Assembly: GCA_963726335.1 (NCBI GenBank) | Contig: CAVSCD010000004.1 | Span: 472,904 to 536,903, forward strand | Direction of reading: 5' to 3' | Source: Candidatus Aminicenantes bacterium | GTDB taxonomy: Bacteria > Acidobacteriota > Aminicenantia > Aminicenantales > UBA8522 | Length of the DNA: 64,000 nucleotides | Shown: one piece after another, positions 18,858 to 28,354 of the stretch | Layout: every line of letters begins with the position of its first letter | How positions within the stretch are numbered: the stretch's first letter is position 1 | Notes under the pieces: generated by a model | Told to the model about the DNA's origin: nothing | The model's database searches: none | Seen by the model: only the letters and a program-made list of their open reading frames with translations | Program-made: the position numbers and the translations under genes

Positions 18858-20360
18858 TCAGGCTTTCTTCTCGACCAGGATCTGGAGCATCTCCAGCTCG
18901 TCGGCGTCGAACCAGACCCGGCCGCAGGCGAGGCACTTGTCCACGGGAATGAAATACTGATAGTTGAACGGCCGCGGCGCCAGCCGGTAGCCGCAATCGG
19001 GACAGGTGAGGTTCCCGACGGCTTTCCATTTTGAGCGCCGGGACTTCACCGGGTTGGACAGAAATTCTTCCCTGAATCGCCCCGCCTTGGCGAGAAGCTC
19101 GGGCGAGAAGTCGAACTCCCGGCGCCAGAGGATCCGACCGACATGAGAAGCGTCCACCAGCTTGCCGCCGCAGGTCCCGCAGGATTTCGTGGGAACGCCC
19201 TCGTAGAACCCGTCGCTGAGCGGCCGGCGGCAGCGGGGACAGAGGTTGTCTCCGCTGTGCCCGGTCGGGACCGCCCCCGCCGCCCGGCCGGTTTCCCCGG
19301 CTGAAAAGACCGTGCCCCGGGCGCCCGCGCGCAATCTCTGATTTTCCCAAACCTGCTCGATGATGTTGGCCGGCGCCAGATCCGCCATCCCGGCCAGCCG
19401 CCGGACCCGCCCCATCACCGGAGGATGGGAGTTGAAGATGCGGCCGGCGAAGCTGTCCTCGTCTTCGCTGCTCAGCCGCGGCGCCACGATAAAAAGCGGG
19501 CTGTAGGTCAGGCTGAAATCGCCGACAAACGAGCTCTTGATATGGGCTTTGTAAAGGGCCCTGGCCAGCGCCGCCGGGTTCCGGCTGATCTCGGCGGCCG
19601 CGGCATCGGCCAGGACTTCCCGCTCGCGGCTGAGGAGCATGCTCAAAAGATGCATGACGAGCGACGACAGGACGACGGCGAAATACACGAGGACCGGCGG
19701 GGCGCCGCCCCGGCCGCCGCCCGCCATCCGCCCCTCGGCCGAGACGTCCTCGGGCTCGAGGGCGGCCCGGATCCTCTCGAGGAAATTGGCCAGCGAGCAG
19801 ACCAGAGTGACGTAGAAAGCGTCGCCGCGCGAGATATGGGCCAGCTCATGGGCGGTCACGGACTGGATCTCGTCCCGGGTGCAGTCGGCGAGCAGTCCCT
19901 CGGTCACCGCCACCGCGGGCGTGCCGTCCGGCTCGACCAGGGCCAGCGAGTTGATCGTGAACGAAGGGATGACATAGGGCTTGACCCGCGGCAACCCCGA
20001 GGCCAGGCGCATCTCATCGACCGTGTTGGCGAACTGCTGATGATAGCGGTCCCCGGGCTCGGGCGGAGCCGCCTCCAGCCGCTTGATGATATAGGCGGCC
20101 CCGAACCGCCGCGCGTCGAGGTAGTGGAACACGGCGACGACAACCGCGATGGCGAGAACGGCCAGCAGCAGCCTGGCCAGGGAAGGACCGGACAGGAATC
20201 CCGGCCCGACGGCGAACAGGCCGAAAGAGAGCACCACCGCCAGGGAGATGAGCCCGACGGCCAGGAAATAGAACAGAGTCAACCCGGCAAGCACGAGCAG
20301 GCTCTTCCGCCACTGGGAGCGCTGGACCTCATAGAAATCCGCCCTGGGGCTGGTTCTCAT
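18858..20360 (-). CDS. M48-family Zn metallopeptidase (HtpX-like, membrane) fused to two C-terminal zf-TFIIB-type zinc ribbons
   Basis: N-terminal TM helices. HEXXH motif 'HELAHISRGD'. C-terminal 'CPRC...CGTCGGKLVD' and 'CPDC...CLACGRVWFDADELEMLQ' match the CxxC...CxxCxGxWxDxxEL zinc-ribbon pattern. Confidence 0.75.
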   Translation of the reverse strand: MRTSPRADFYEVQRSQWRKSLLVLAGLTLFYFLAVGLISLAVVLSFGLFAVGPGFLSGPSLARLLLAVLAIAVVVAVFHYLDARRFGAAYIIKRLEAAPPEPGDRYHQQFANTVDEMRLASGLPRVKPYVIPSFTINSLALVEPDGTPAVAVTEGLLADCTRDEIQSVTAHELAHISRGDAFYVTLVCSLANFLERIRAALEPEDVSAEGRMAGGGRGGAPPVLVYFAVVLSSLVMHLLSMLLSREREVLADAAAAEISRNPAALARALYKAHIKSSFVGDFSLTYSPLFIVAPRLSSEDEDSFAGRIFNSHPPVMGRVRRLAGMADLAPANIIEQVWENQRLRAGARGTVFSAGETGRAAGAVPTGHSGDNLCPRCRRPLSDGFYEGVPTKSCGTCGGKLVDASHVGRILWRREFDFSPELLAKAGRFREEFLSNPVKSRRSKWKAVGNLTCPDCGYRLAPRPFNYQYFIPVDKCLACGRVWFDADELEMLQILVEKKA

Positions 20361-20460
20361 GGGCGCTTATGTTATAAGAAAATACGGGGGCCGGTCAATT
20401 TGCTTTACATTCTCTTTTCCTTGTGTTAACGAAAGGGGACTCGTCTCCAGGAGGTGCCTT

Positions 20461-21801
20461 ATGGGCAATGCGCGAAACGAACTCAGCCGCCGTGAGTTCC
20501 TGTCGACATCGGCCGCCGCCTTGGGGGCCGCCGGGCTGTCGCTCGGGAGCCCCGCGCCGGCCGCGGGTCAGGCGCTCCCTGGAAAGCGCAAGGCCGCCCT
20601 GGTCGGCACGGGCGGGCGGGGAAGCTCGCTCTGGGGCAAGGATCTCCTCCGTGACTTCGGCGACCTCGTCGAGATGGTCGGGCTCTGCGACATCAACCCC
20701 ATCCGCCTGGAGACCGCCAAGGGCCTGATGGGCGCGGCCTGCCCGACGTTCACCGATTTCGACCGGATGCTCCGCGAGACCGGGCCGGACCTCGTCATCG
20801 TCACGACCAAGGACTGCTTCCACGCCAAGTACATCGTCCTGGCGATGCAGGCCGGCTGCGACGTGATCACCGAGAAACCGATGTGCACGGACGAGAAGAT
20901 GGTCCAGGAGATCATCGACGCCGAGCGCCGGACGGGCCGGAACCTGACCGTCACTTTCAATTACCGGTTCGGCCCCGACGCCTCCCGGATCAAGGAGATC
21001 CTGATGTCCCGGGAGATCGGCGAGGTGACCTCGGTCGATTTCCACTGGTACCTGGACGTCTATCACGGCGCCGACTATTTCCGCCGCTGGCACGCCTTCA
21101 AGCAGAACTCGGGGTCGCTCCTCGTTCACAAGGCGTCGCATCATTTCGACGTCATGAACTGGTGGCTGGGCGCGGAGCCGGTCGAGGTCAACGCCCAGGG
21201 AGAGCTCCGCAAGTACGGCTACAACGGACCGTTCCGGGGCACGAGGTGCATGGGCTGCCCCCACAAGGCGGAGTGTGAGTTCTACTGGGACATCACCGCC
21301 AATCCGCAGGCGATGGCGCTCTACGTGAAGGCCGAGGCGGCCGACGGCTATCTCCGCGACGCCTGCGTCTTCCGGGAAAACATCAACATCTGGGACACGA
21401 TGAACGTCCAGGTCCTCTACCACAACCGGGTGACGATGAGCTATTCGCTCAACGCCTTCATGCCCTACGAGGGGTACACGGTGGGTTTCAACGGGACGAA
21501 GGGCCGGCTCGACGCCCGCGTCTACCACAAGCAGCCGTGGCCGGTCGGCGTCCTGGCCGACATCCGGATCACCGGGAACTTCGGGGCCACCCGGACCTTC
21601 TCGCTATCGCAAGGGGAGGGCGGGCATTTCGGGGCCGACCAGGTCATGCAGCAGTTGATCTTCCGGAAGAATGAGACCGACCCGCTCGGCCGTCCGGCCG
21701 GCAGCCGGGACGGAGCGCTGTCGTCGCTCGTGGGCATCGCGGCCCGGCACAGCATCGAGCAGAAGCGGCCCGTCAAGATCGACGAACTGGTAAGGATATA
21801 G
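20461..21801 (+). CDS. Gfo/Idh/MocA-family NAD(P)-dependent oxidoreductase with TAT signal
   Basis: Twin-arginine motif 'SRREFLSTSAAALGAAGLSLG'. Rossmann motif 'ALVGTGGRGS'. An AGGAGG SD precedes the ATG at 20461. Confidence 0.8.
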   Translation: MGNARNELSRREFLSTSAAALGAAGLSLGSPAPAAGQALPGKRKAALVGTGGRGSSLWGKDLLRDFGDLVEMVGLCDINPIRLETAKGLMGAACPTFTDFDRMLRETGPDLVIVTTKDCFHAKYIVLAMQAGCDVITEKPMCTDEKMVQEIIDAERRTGRNLTVTFNYRFGPDASRIKEILMSREIGEVTSVDFHWYLDVYHGADYFRRWHAFKQNSGSLLVHKASHHFDVMNWWLGAEPVEVNAQGELRKYGYNGPFRGTRCMGCPHKAECEFYWDITANPQAMALYVKAEAADGYLRDACVFRENINIWDTMNVQVLYHNRVTMSYSLNAFMPYEGYTVGFNGTKGRLDARVYHKQPWPVGVLADIRITGNFGATRTFSLSQGEGGHFGADQVMQQLIFRKNETDPLGRPAGSRDGALSSLVGIAARHSIEQKRPVKIDELVRI

Positions 21802-21808
21802 ACAGCGC

Positions 21809-21960
21809 GAGAACGGGTGGCACGGCGCAGTCCCTGTCGCGTCCTCGAGCGCCTCGACCGCGTCGAAGCGATAGTTTGCGCAGCTCTCCGAGGCGAGAGA
21901 CTCGGGGTCCCCGTCGCTCCGGGCGGGCAGGGACTGGCGCCGCGCCACCCGTTCTCACGT
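21809..21960. repeat. ~150-bp structured element: two ~29-bp inverted-repeat arms flanking a ~90-nt GC-rich spacer
   Basis: Arms are gagaacgggtggcacggcgcagtccctg and cagggactggcgccgcgccacccgttctc, near-perfect reverse complements. The spacer contains further palindromes. It sits between the Gfo/Idh stop (21801) and the MFS start (21988). Confidence 0.45.
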
Positions 21961-21987
21961 GTCTATGTTCCTAATAGGGAGGTAAGC

Positions 21988-23277
21988 ATGGCCAAACGCA
22001 CGCCGTTCCCGGCGGTCTTCTGGATCGCCAATTCGATCGAGGTCCTGGAGCGCTTCGCCTATTACGGCATCTACATGGGGTTCGGCATCTACATGGAATA
22101 CCTGGGCTACACCAAAGCCCAGCTCGGCATTGTCCAGAGCCTCTTCCTGCTCGTCTCTTATGTCGTCCCGGTGATCTCGGGCACCTTCGCCGACCGGTTC
22201 GGGTTCAAGAAGGTCCTGATCGTCTCCTACCTCGCCTACCTGCCATCGATCCTGCTGCTGCTCCTCACCCGGTCGTTCTCCGGCATCGCCTTGACCATGC
22301 TCACCATCGGACTGGCCGCCGGCATCTTCAAGCCCCTGATCTCCGGAACGGTGAGAGCCGTCACCGACAAGACCAACAAGACCCTCGGGTTCGGCATCTT
22401 CTACCAGATGGTCAACATCGGCGCCTCGTTCGGACCGCTGATCGCCGGCAAGCTCCGGGCGATCTCCTGGAATTACGCGTTCATCGCGGCCGCGGTCGCC
22501 ATCGGGCTGATGCTCATCATCACCCTCCTCTTCTACAAGGAGCCGAAACGGGAGCTCGAGGGGGTCACCCTCAAGGCGAAGTTCCGCGACCTGGGCACGG
22601 CCCTGTCCGACGTCAAGTTCGCCGCTTTCCTCGTCCTGCTGGGGCTTTTTTTCTGGCTCCCGTTCTGGGCCTTCTTCAACCTCCTGGCCCTGTACGTCGA
22701 CCGGAGCCTGGACACGGCCAGGCTCTATCTCGACATCAAGGGCGTCCTGGGGACGGCCGTCGCCAATTTTCTGTCGCGCGCGGATGAGACGGGAACACGC
22801 CGAATCCTCGGCGAGACGATCTCCCACAGCGGTTACCTGATCATGATCCTCCAGTTCTTTGTCTCCCGGACATTCGAAAGGTTCAAGACCATCCCGACAT
22901 TCCTGTTCGGTCTGACCGTGGGCGCCGCCGGGTTCGCGGTCCTCGGATATGCCCGGATCGGGGCGGCCAGCTGGGTTTTCCTGGGGATCCTGCTCTTCGC
23001 GCTGGGCGAGATGATCTCCTCGCCCCGCATCCAGGAATACATCACCTGGATCGCGCCGAAGGAGAAGGCCGGCCTGTACATGGGCTCGAACTTCCTCGCC
23101 CTGGGCATCGGCGGCGGGCTGAGCGGCATCGTCTATTCGTCGCTCTACGGCTATTTTGAGAAGGGGGGCCATCCCGAACATTGTTGGTTCGTGCTGGCCG
23201 CGCACTTCATCCTGGGTATGCTGGTCCTGACGCTTTTCACCAGGATCTGGGGCGAATTCAAGGAAATGGAAAGCTAG
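21988..23277 (+). CDS. MFS transporter, likely POT/PTR2 (peptide) family
   Basis: 12-TM hydrophobic profile. The 'SGTFADRFGFKKVLIVS' motif resembles the POT 'ADR(Y/F)xG' signature. A GGGAGG SD precedes the ATG. The six-frame ORF has a spurious N-terminal extension through the inverted-repeat element. Confidence 0.65.
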   Translation: MAKRTPFPAVFWIANSIEVLERFAYYGIYMGFGIYMEYLGYTKAQLGIVQSLFLLVSYVVPVISGTFADRFGFKKVLIVSYLAYLPSILLLLLTRSFSGIALTMLTIGLAAGIFKPLISGTVRAVTDKTNKTLGFGIFYQMVNIGASFGPLIAGKLRAISWNYAFIAAAVAIGLMLIITLLFYKEPKRELEGVTLKAKFRDLGTALSDVKFAAFLVLLGLFFWLPFWAFFNLLALYVDRSLDTARLYLDIKGVLGTAVANFLSRADETGTRRILGETISHSGYLIMILQFFVSRTFERFKTIPTFLFGLTVGAAGFAVLGYARIGAASWVFLGILLFALGEMISSPRIQEYITWIAPKEKAGLYMGSNFLALGIGGGLSGIVYSSLYGYFEKGGHPEHCWFVLAAHFILGMLVLTLFTRIWGEFKEMES

Positions 23278-23480
23278 TGGTGCGTCTCGCAAATAACTTG
23301 GCTTTATAAAAGAGCAACAAAGACGCACCACCGCGGGGGAGTTTGAGGGGGACGGCGTCGTTCCCCTCAGGGGGTCAGTGGAGTGAAACGAAACGCCGAG
23401 GGGGGAGCTTGACTCCCCCCTGGAAGTGTCCCGTCTATATACAGGACTTTGGAAAGGAACTTACGAGACGGGACACTAGG
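23274..23480 (-). repeat. Structured ~205-bp intergenic repeat, copy 2 (reverse orientation)
   Basis: The reverse complement of this interval is almost identical to copy 3 (31556-31762), including the CTAGTG/CACTAG termini. The TAG stop of the MFS gene lies within the terminal CTAG. It sits between convergent 3' ends. Confidence 0.8.
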
Positions 23481-23507
23481 GCCGCCTCGACTCGCGAAGC
23501 GGTCAGT

Positions 23508-24842
23508 TCAGACGGCGAACTTCGGCCGCGTCGTCTCCCAGCGCCCGCCCGTGAAATCAGGGTAGGGGATGGGCGCGCCGCCCTTGGCGATCGATTCTTC
23601 GGACAGCGGACCATTGGCGCTCATAAGGGCGGCGTCATAGACGTCGAGGGGCGTCTGGGTCCCGTTGCGGACGGCCTCGACGAAGAGCTTGAGCTCGAGG
23701 TAATCCGTGCCCCCGTGCCCGGCGGCCGAGGCCTCGTTCCGAATCGACTTCCACCAGGGGTGTTCGTGGAGCTCCTGGTGGGGACCGAACGGCTCCCACT
23801 CGTGGTATTTCGGGCTCCGTCCCTTGAGATAAACCCCGCTCCGATCCTCGTCGTAAATTCCCCGGGTCCCCTGGACCAGCCAGCGGTTGTCGTAAGGGCG
23901 GGGGAGCTGCATGTCGTAGTTGATGACCAGGGACTTTCCCTTTTTCGTGCGCACGAGGGAGGACACGATGTCGCCCTGCTTGAAGACGCGCCCGGCGTTC
24001 GGATGGTCCGGGCCGAACCGGCTGAGGAAATAGTCGTTGATGCCCTTGGCCTCCGTGGCCGTCGAGGCGATCCGGTCGAAATAATCGCCGCAGCCGATGT
24101 CCAGCCAGCTCAGGACGGGGCCCAGCTGATGCGTCGGGTACTGGTCCCGGTTATGGTTCACGAGGTACTTGGCGGGCCAGCGGTCGAGCCCGGTCTCGGG
24201 GTCAAAGAACCAATGGTCGATGCAGTCATGGGAGTGGGCGCAGTGACAGTGAACGATGTCGCCCAGGAGCCCGAGGCGGATCATGTTGAGGACGGCCAGG
24301 TTATCCCGCCGGAAGCTCCAGTTCTCAAGCATCATACAAGGGACCTTGGTGGCTTCGTGGGCGCGGACGAGCTCCCAGCACTCCTCGAGCGTATAGGCGG
24401 CCGGGACCTCGACCGCGGCGTACTTCCCGGCCTTCATGGCGGCGACGGCCATGGGGGTGTGCCACTCCCAGTAAGTCGCGATGAGCACGGCATCGATGTC
24501 ATCGCGCTCGAGCAGCCGCTTGTAATCCTGCTCGCCGCCGCCGTAGGCCTCGGGTTTCTCGTGCCCGGCCTTGACGACAAGGTCTTGCGCCTGGGCGAGA
24601 TGGGCCGGCTGGATGTCGCAGAGGGCGGGGAATGCGATGCCCTTCATGCTGAGCAGGTCGCCCATCAGACTCTGGCCGCGGCGGCCGGTGCCGATGACCC
24701 CGATGCGCACGGTCTTGTCCGCCGCCGGCGTAAGTGACCCTTGGTACGGGAAAAGAAAAGCCGGAAGTCCCGTTCCCGCCGCGGTCGCACCCAAGGCGGC
24801 CGCCGCGTTCGTCCTGAGGAATTCTCTGCGGCTCATCGGCAT
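23508..24842 (-). CDS. Gfo/Idh/MocA-family oxidoreductase with TAT signal (GH109-like architecture)
   Basis: TAT motif 'SRREFLRTNAAAALGATAAG'. Rossmann motif 'IGVIGTGRRGQS'. 444 aa. Confidence 0.8.
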   Translation of the reverse strand: MPMSRREFLRTNAAAALGATAAGTGLPAFLFPYQGSLTPAADKTVRIGVIGTGRRGQSLMGDLLSMKGIAFPALCDIQPAHLAQAQDLVVKAGHEKPEAYGGGEQDYKRLLERDDIDAVLIATYWEWHTPMAVAAMKAGKYAAVEVPAAYTLEECWELVRAHEATKVPCMMLENWSFRRDNLAVLNMIRLGLLGDIVHCHCAHSHDCIDHWFFDPETGLDRWPAKYLVNHNRDQYPTHQLGPVLSWLDIGCGDYFDRIASTATEAKGINDYFLSRFGPDHPNAGRVFKQGDIVSSLVRTKKGKSLVINYDMQLPRPYDNRWLVQGTRGIYDEDRSGVYLKGRSPKYHEWEPFGPHQELHEHPWWKSIRNEASAAGHGGTDYLELKLFVEAVRNGTQTPLDVYDAALMSANGPLSEESIAKGGAPIPYPDFTGGRWETTRPKFAV

Positions 24843-25029
24843 GTGTCCTCCTCTGTCGTGTTTTGCCTATCATGTCAAACCCGCCCGCGAAATTCAACTT
24901 CTCTTTTCTGTGAATCGGCAACTCTTTTTAGGCGATCGTTGAGCTTGTTGACAGGGCCGCGCCGCGCAGATACGCTAACGGCGATTTCCGATGGCCAAGT
25001 GCAGGCCCGACTAAAGGGAGTGGAGAGCC

Positions 25030-26979
25030 ATGAACTTCAAAAAATGCGCCAACTGCGAGAGTGAGAACCCCGAGTCGGAAGTCTATTGCCTCGAGTGCGG
25101 AGAGAAGCTCGAGCCGGACAAAACGCTGAAGAGACCGCCCTCGCAGGTCGCCGGGGCATTGGCCGAGTCGGCGCCGCCCGAGCCGCCAACGGCAATGTCC
25201 AAGCCGCCGGCTGAACCGGCGGCATCCGCGCCGCCGTCCCCGGAAGTCGCGCCCGCCTTGCCGGAAGCGTCTCTTTTGCCGCCCCTCCCGGCTCCGTCCG
25301 GGCTCTTAAAAGAAAAGGCCGAGACCGAGGCTCCGCCCAAGTCGGTTCAGGCGGCTCCGCCGCCGTCTCCGCAGACCCCTCCGCCGGCGACGAAGGCCGC
25401 AGCGTCAGGGGTGGAGCCTGCTCCCCCTCGCCGGGATCGAGTCCGGGCTGACATCAAGGGAAGCCAACCCAGCCGGTTTTCCGCGATCCCGCCCAAGATC
25501 CTGCGGGCGGGGCTCATCGCCGTCGGCGTCCTGGTGCTGGCCGTGGCCGTGTGGCGCACCGTATCGGCCCCTTCACGCCGGGTCGAACAGGCCGCCGTCC
25601 CGGAGACGATCACCGTCGCGGTGAACCCGTTTGCCGGAGCCGGGGCGGCGCTCGACCGCGGCGACTTCGGTGAGGGCCTGGCCGAGACGTTGGCCGAAGG
25701 ACTGAATCGTCTGCCCCGCCTCAGGCTGACCGGCGCCACGCCAGAGATGTCCGCCGGGCGGGGAGAGGCCCCGAGCTCTCAGGCCGCGCGGACACACGAC
25801 GCCGCTTTCGTGCTGACCGGGACGTTCGAAACACAAGGCGACCGTCTCTTGATGACGGCCCGACTGGTCAAGGCCGCGGACGGGTCCCAGGTCTGGGATA
25901 CACAGGTCGACCGCCCTGCCGGAGACATCTTCGCTTCTCTGCAGGAGATCGCCCGCGGCCTGGTCCAGGCTCTGGGGGTCGTCGCGCCGGCCGGCGGAGT
26001 TGAGAGCCTTTTCCCTGCCCGGGCCATGGTCCCCGAGGCCTGCGACCTTTATTTCCAGGGAAGGTCGCTCGCCAGGCGGGGAGGGAAGACCAACCTGGAG
26101 AAGGCCGTCGAACTTCTCGAGCGGGCCGCCATCAAAGACGCGTCTTGGGCCGGAACGTACGCCGCCCTGGCCAATGCCTACGCCAACCTCGGGAGCGAGT
26201 CCCTCTGGGCCCCCGGCAAGGCTTTTCCGGCGGCAAGAAAAGCTGTCCTCAAGGCCATGGAACTCGAGCCCGGGCTGGCCGAGGCCCGGCTGGCGCTGGC
26301 CATCCTCAAGTGGAGGTCGGAGTGGGATTTCGCAGCCGCTGAACAAGAGTTCAGGGAAGCCCTGCGTTCCGCTCCGGGACGGACCGAGATCCGGCGCTCG
26401 TTCGCCCTCTTCTTATCAACCCTGGGCCGGCACGAAGAAGCCCAGTCCGAGATCAGAGCAGCCCTGGCCCTTGATCCCGACTCTCCCCGGATCGCCGCCG
26501 GCCTGGGGATGGTCCTCTACTTTGCGCGCCTGTATGACCAGGCCGCCGTCGAGCTCGAGAACGCCAGGCAGGCCGGTCCGGCACTCGTCGACCCGTGCCT
26601 GGGACTGGGCCTCCTCAATATCCAGACCAAGGATTTCGCGCAATCGCTCGTGATGTTCCAGCAAGCGGCGGTCATGGGTGGAGACCCGATGGAGATCAGC
26701 CTGCGCGCCGGGGCCGTCCTGGCCCATTTGGGAAGGCGGCAGGATGTCGGCAGAATACTCACCGAAGCCATCCAAGCTTCGCGCCGGACATATGTCTCAT
26801 CCGCTTCGCTGGCCACGGTTTACGCCGCGCTCCTCGAACCCGACCAGGCGCAGGCCTGCCTGGACAAGGCGCTTGCCGACAGGGACGCTTCGCTTGTCTT
26901 CTTGAAAGTCTCGCCGCTGTTCGACGCCCTGCGCGGCGAGAGCTGGTTCGCCGGCCTGCTCGAAAAGACGGGCTTCTGA
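25030..26979 (+). CDS. Zinc-ribbon / TM / TolB-N-like / TPR-repeat regulatory protein
   Basis: N-terminal 'CANCESENPESEVYCLECGEK' zinc ribbon. A Pro/Ala-rich linker, one TM segment, and a 'GTFETQGDRLLMTARL' TolB-N-like segment follow. The C-terminal half is TPR-like repeats. Confidence 0.6.
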   Translation: MNFKKCANCESENPESEVYCLECGEKLEPDKTLKRPPSQVAGALAESAPPEPPTAMSKPPAEPAASAPPSPEVAPALPEASLLPPLPAPSGLLKEKAETEAPPKSVQAAPPPSPQTPPPATKAAASGVEPAPPRRDRVRADIKGSQPSRFSAIPPKILRAGLIAVGVLVLAVAVWRTVSAPSRRVEQAAVPETITVAVNPFAGAGAALDRGDFGEGLAETLAEGLNRLPRLRLTGATPEMSAGRGEAPSSQAARTHDAAFVLTGTFETQGDRLLMTARLVKAADGSQVWDTQVDRPAGDIFASLQEIARGLVQALGVVAPAGGVESLFPARAMVPEACDLYFQGRSLARRGGKTNLEKAVELLERAAIKDASWAGTYAALANAYANLGSESLWAPGKAFPAARKAVLKAMELEPGLAEARLALAILKWRSEWDFAAAEQEFREALRSAPGRTEIRRSFALFLSTLGRHEEAQSEIRAALALDPDSPRIAAGLGMVLYFARLYDQAAVELENARQAGPALVDPCLGLGLLNIQTKDFAQSLVMFQQAAVMGGDPMEISLRAGAVLAHLGRRQDVGRILTEAIQASRRTYVSSASLATVYAALLEPDQAQACLDKALADRDASLVFLKVSPLFDALRGESWFAGLLEKTGF

Positions 26980-26987
26980 ACCCCGGT

Positions 26988-28325
26988 TCAGGCCGTAACG
27001 ACGTCCTGGCGCGCGTCGTCGAAGGTCACCCGCTTGCCGGTGCGCATCGCGGCGATGGTCATGCAGAGGGCCACGGAATGATTGTAGCCGGCGTGGACGT
27101 CCGCGCTGGGGGCCTTGCGGCTGCGGACGCATTCCATCCAGTTGCGCATGTGGGCCACCGTGCCCGGGTCCTCTCCCGTGACCGAACTCGTCGCCGCCGT
27201 CTCCCTTGAGGCCAGCGAATACCCGGCCAGGCGATTTTCGGGAAGTCCCATGGCCGCGCCCTCTTCTTTCGTCAGCCCGCCGTCGGGAGTAACCGTGTTC
27301 GTATCGAGGTTGAGCGACCCGCCGTTCGAGAAGTACACTTCCTTCGTGCCGCCGTCCGAATTGGTCATCCGGGAGGCGTAGATCACCTGGAAGCCTTTCG
27401 TCAGATCATCGAGCGGCCCGTAATCGAAGACCGCGGCCAGGGTGTCGAAGTTCCGGCGGCCGTCCTTCCAGAAGTAGATCCCGCCGTTGGCGACGACGCT
27501 CCGCGGGCGCTTCAGGCCGGTGTACCAGTGAACGATATCGATCTGGTGGACCATCCATTGGCAGGGGATCCCCGAGGAATAGGGCCAGAACAGCCGGTAT
27601 TCCAGGAACTTCCGGGGGTCGAAGGGCTCGAACGGGCGGTTGATGAGATACCGCTTCCAGTCGACATCCTCTTCTTTGACCTTGGCGACCAGCTGGGGCC
27701 GCCGCCACCGGCCGGGTTGGTTGACGTTCCAGGTGATATCGGCCGCCACGATCTCGCCGAATAGGCCCGAGCGGATATAGTTATTGGCTTCGATGTAGTT
27801 CGGGGTGCTGCGGCGCTGTGTCCCGACCTGGACGACCTTTCGGGTCTCCGTCACCGCCTCGAGGACGGCCCGCGCGTCCTCCATGGTGTTGGCGAACGGC
27901 TTTTCGACATAGGCGTCGCAGCCCGCCCGGACGGCCTCGACGCAGTGGAGAGCATGCTGGAAATCGGCGGTGCTGATAATCACAGCGTCGATCTTGCCGG
28001 ATTCGTACATCTCTTCGTTGTTCCGGTAGACGGGGATGTCGCGCCCCAGCTTCTCCTTGAAAAAGGCGGCGCCCTCTTCGCGCCGGACGCGCCAGATATC
28101 CGACAGCCCGGCAATCTCGAAATTGAGCTCGTCCGCGTGCTTTAGGAAAGCGGGGAAGAGGGAGAAGCGGCCCCTGTCCGAAAAACCGACAATGCCCACG
28201 CGGAGGCGGTCGTTCGCCCCCGGGATGCGGGCGTAGCTCGAGGCCGGCAGCCCGAAAGCCAGGGCGGATGTTCCAACGCCCACCGTCTTGATAAAATCGC
28301 GGCGGGTCAGCTTGCCGTCTGCCAT
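26988..28325 (-). CDS. Gfo/Idh/MocA-family oxidoreductase with TAT signal (candidate glycoside 3-dehydrogenase)
   Basis: 'TRRDFIKTVGVGTSALAFGL' TAT motif. 'RVGIVGFSDRG' Rossmann motif. The start is chosen at the MADGK ATG (28325); the six-frame ORF is N-terminally over-extended. Confidence 0.8.
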   Translation of the reverse strand: MADGKLTRRDFIKTVGVGTSALAFGLPASSYARIPGANDRLRVGIVGFSDRGRFSLFPAFLKHADELNFEIAGLSDIWRVRREEGAAFFKEKLGRDIPVYRNNEEMYESGKIDAVIISTADFQHALHCVEAVRAGCDAYVEKPFANTMEDARAVLEAVTETRKVVQVGTQRRSTPNYIEANNYIRSGLFGEIVAADITWNVNQPGRWRRPQLVAKVKEEDVDWKRYLINRPFEPFDPRKFLEYRLFWPYSSGIPCQWMVHQIDIVHWYTGLKRPRSVVANGGIYFWKDGRRNFDTLAAVFDYGPLDDLTKGFQVIYASRMTNSDGGTKEVYFSNGGSLNLDTNTVTPDGGLTKEEGAAMGLPENRLAGYSLASRETAATSSVTGEDPGTVAHMRNWMECVRSRKAPSADVHAGYNHSVALCMTIAAMRTGKRVTFDDARQDVVTA

Positions 28326-28354
28326 CGCTTCTCCTGACATTGAGGATATCGAAC

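Noticed and set aside
16279-19350. 1,023-aa minus-strand ORF
   Set aside because: It is antisense to the 847-aa secreted protein and the M48 protease. It is Arg/Gly/Pro-rich low complexity with no start context. A GC-skewed codon-frame artefact.
20395-21528. 377-aa minus-strand ORF
   Set aside because: Antisense to the Gfo/Idh oxidoreductase with its TAT signal and Rossmann motif.
21955-23331. 458-aa minus-strand ORF
   Set aside because: Antisense to the MFS transporter. Highly acidic low complexity.
23343-24737. 464-aa plus-strand ORF
   Set aside because: It starts inside repeat copy 2 and runs antisense to the Gfo/Idh gene.
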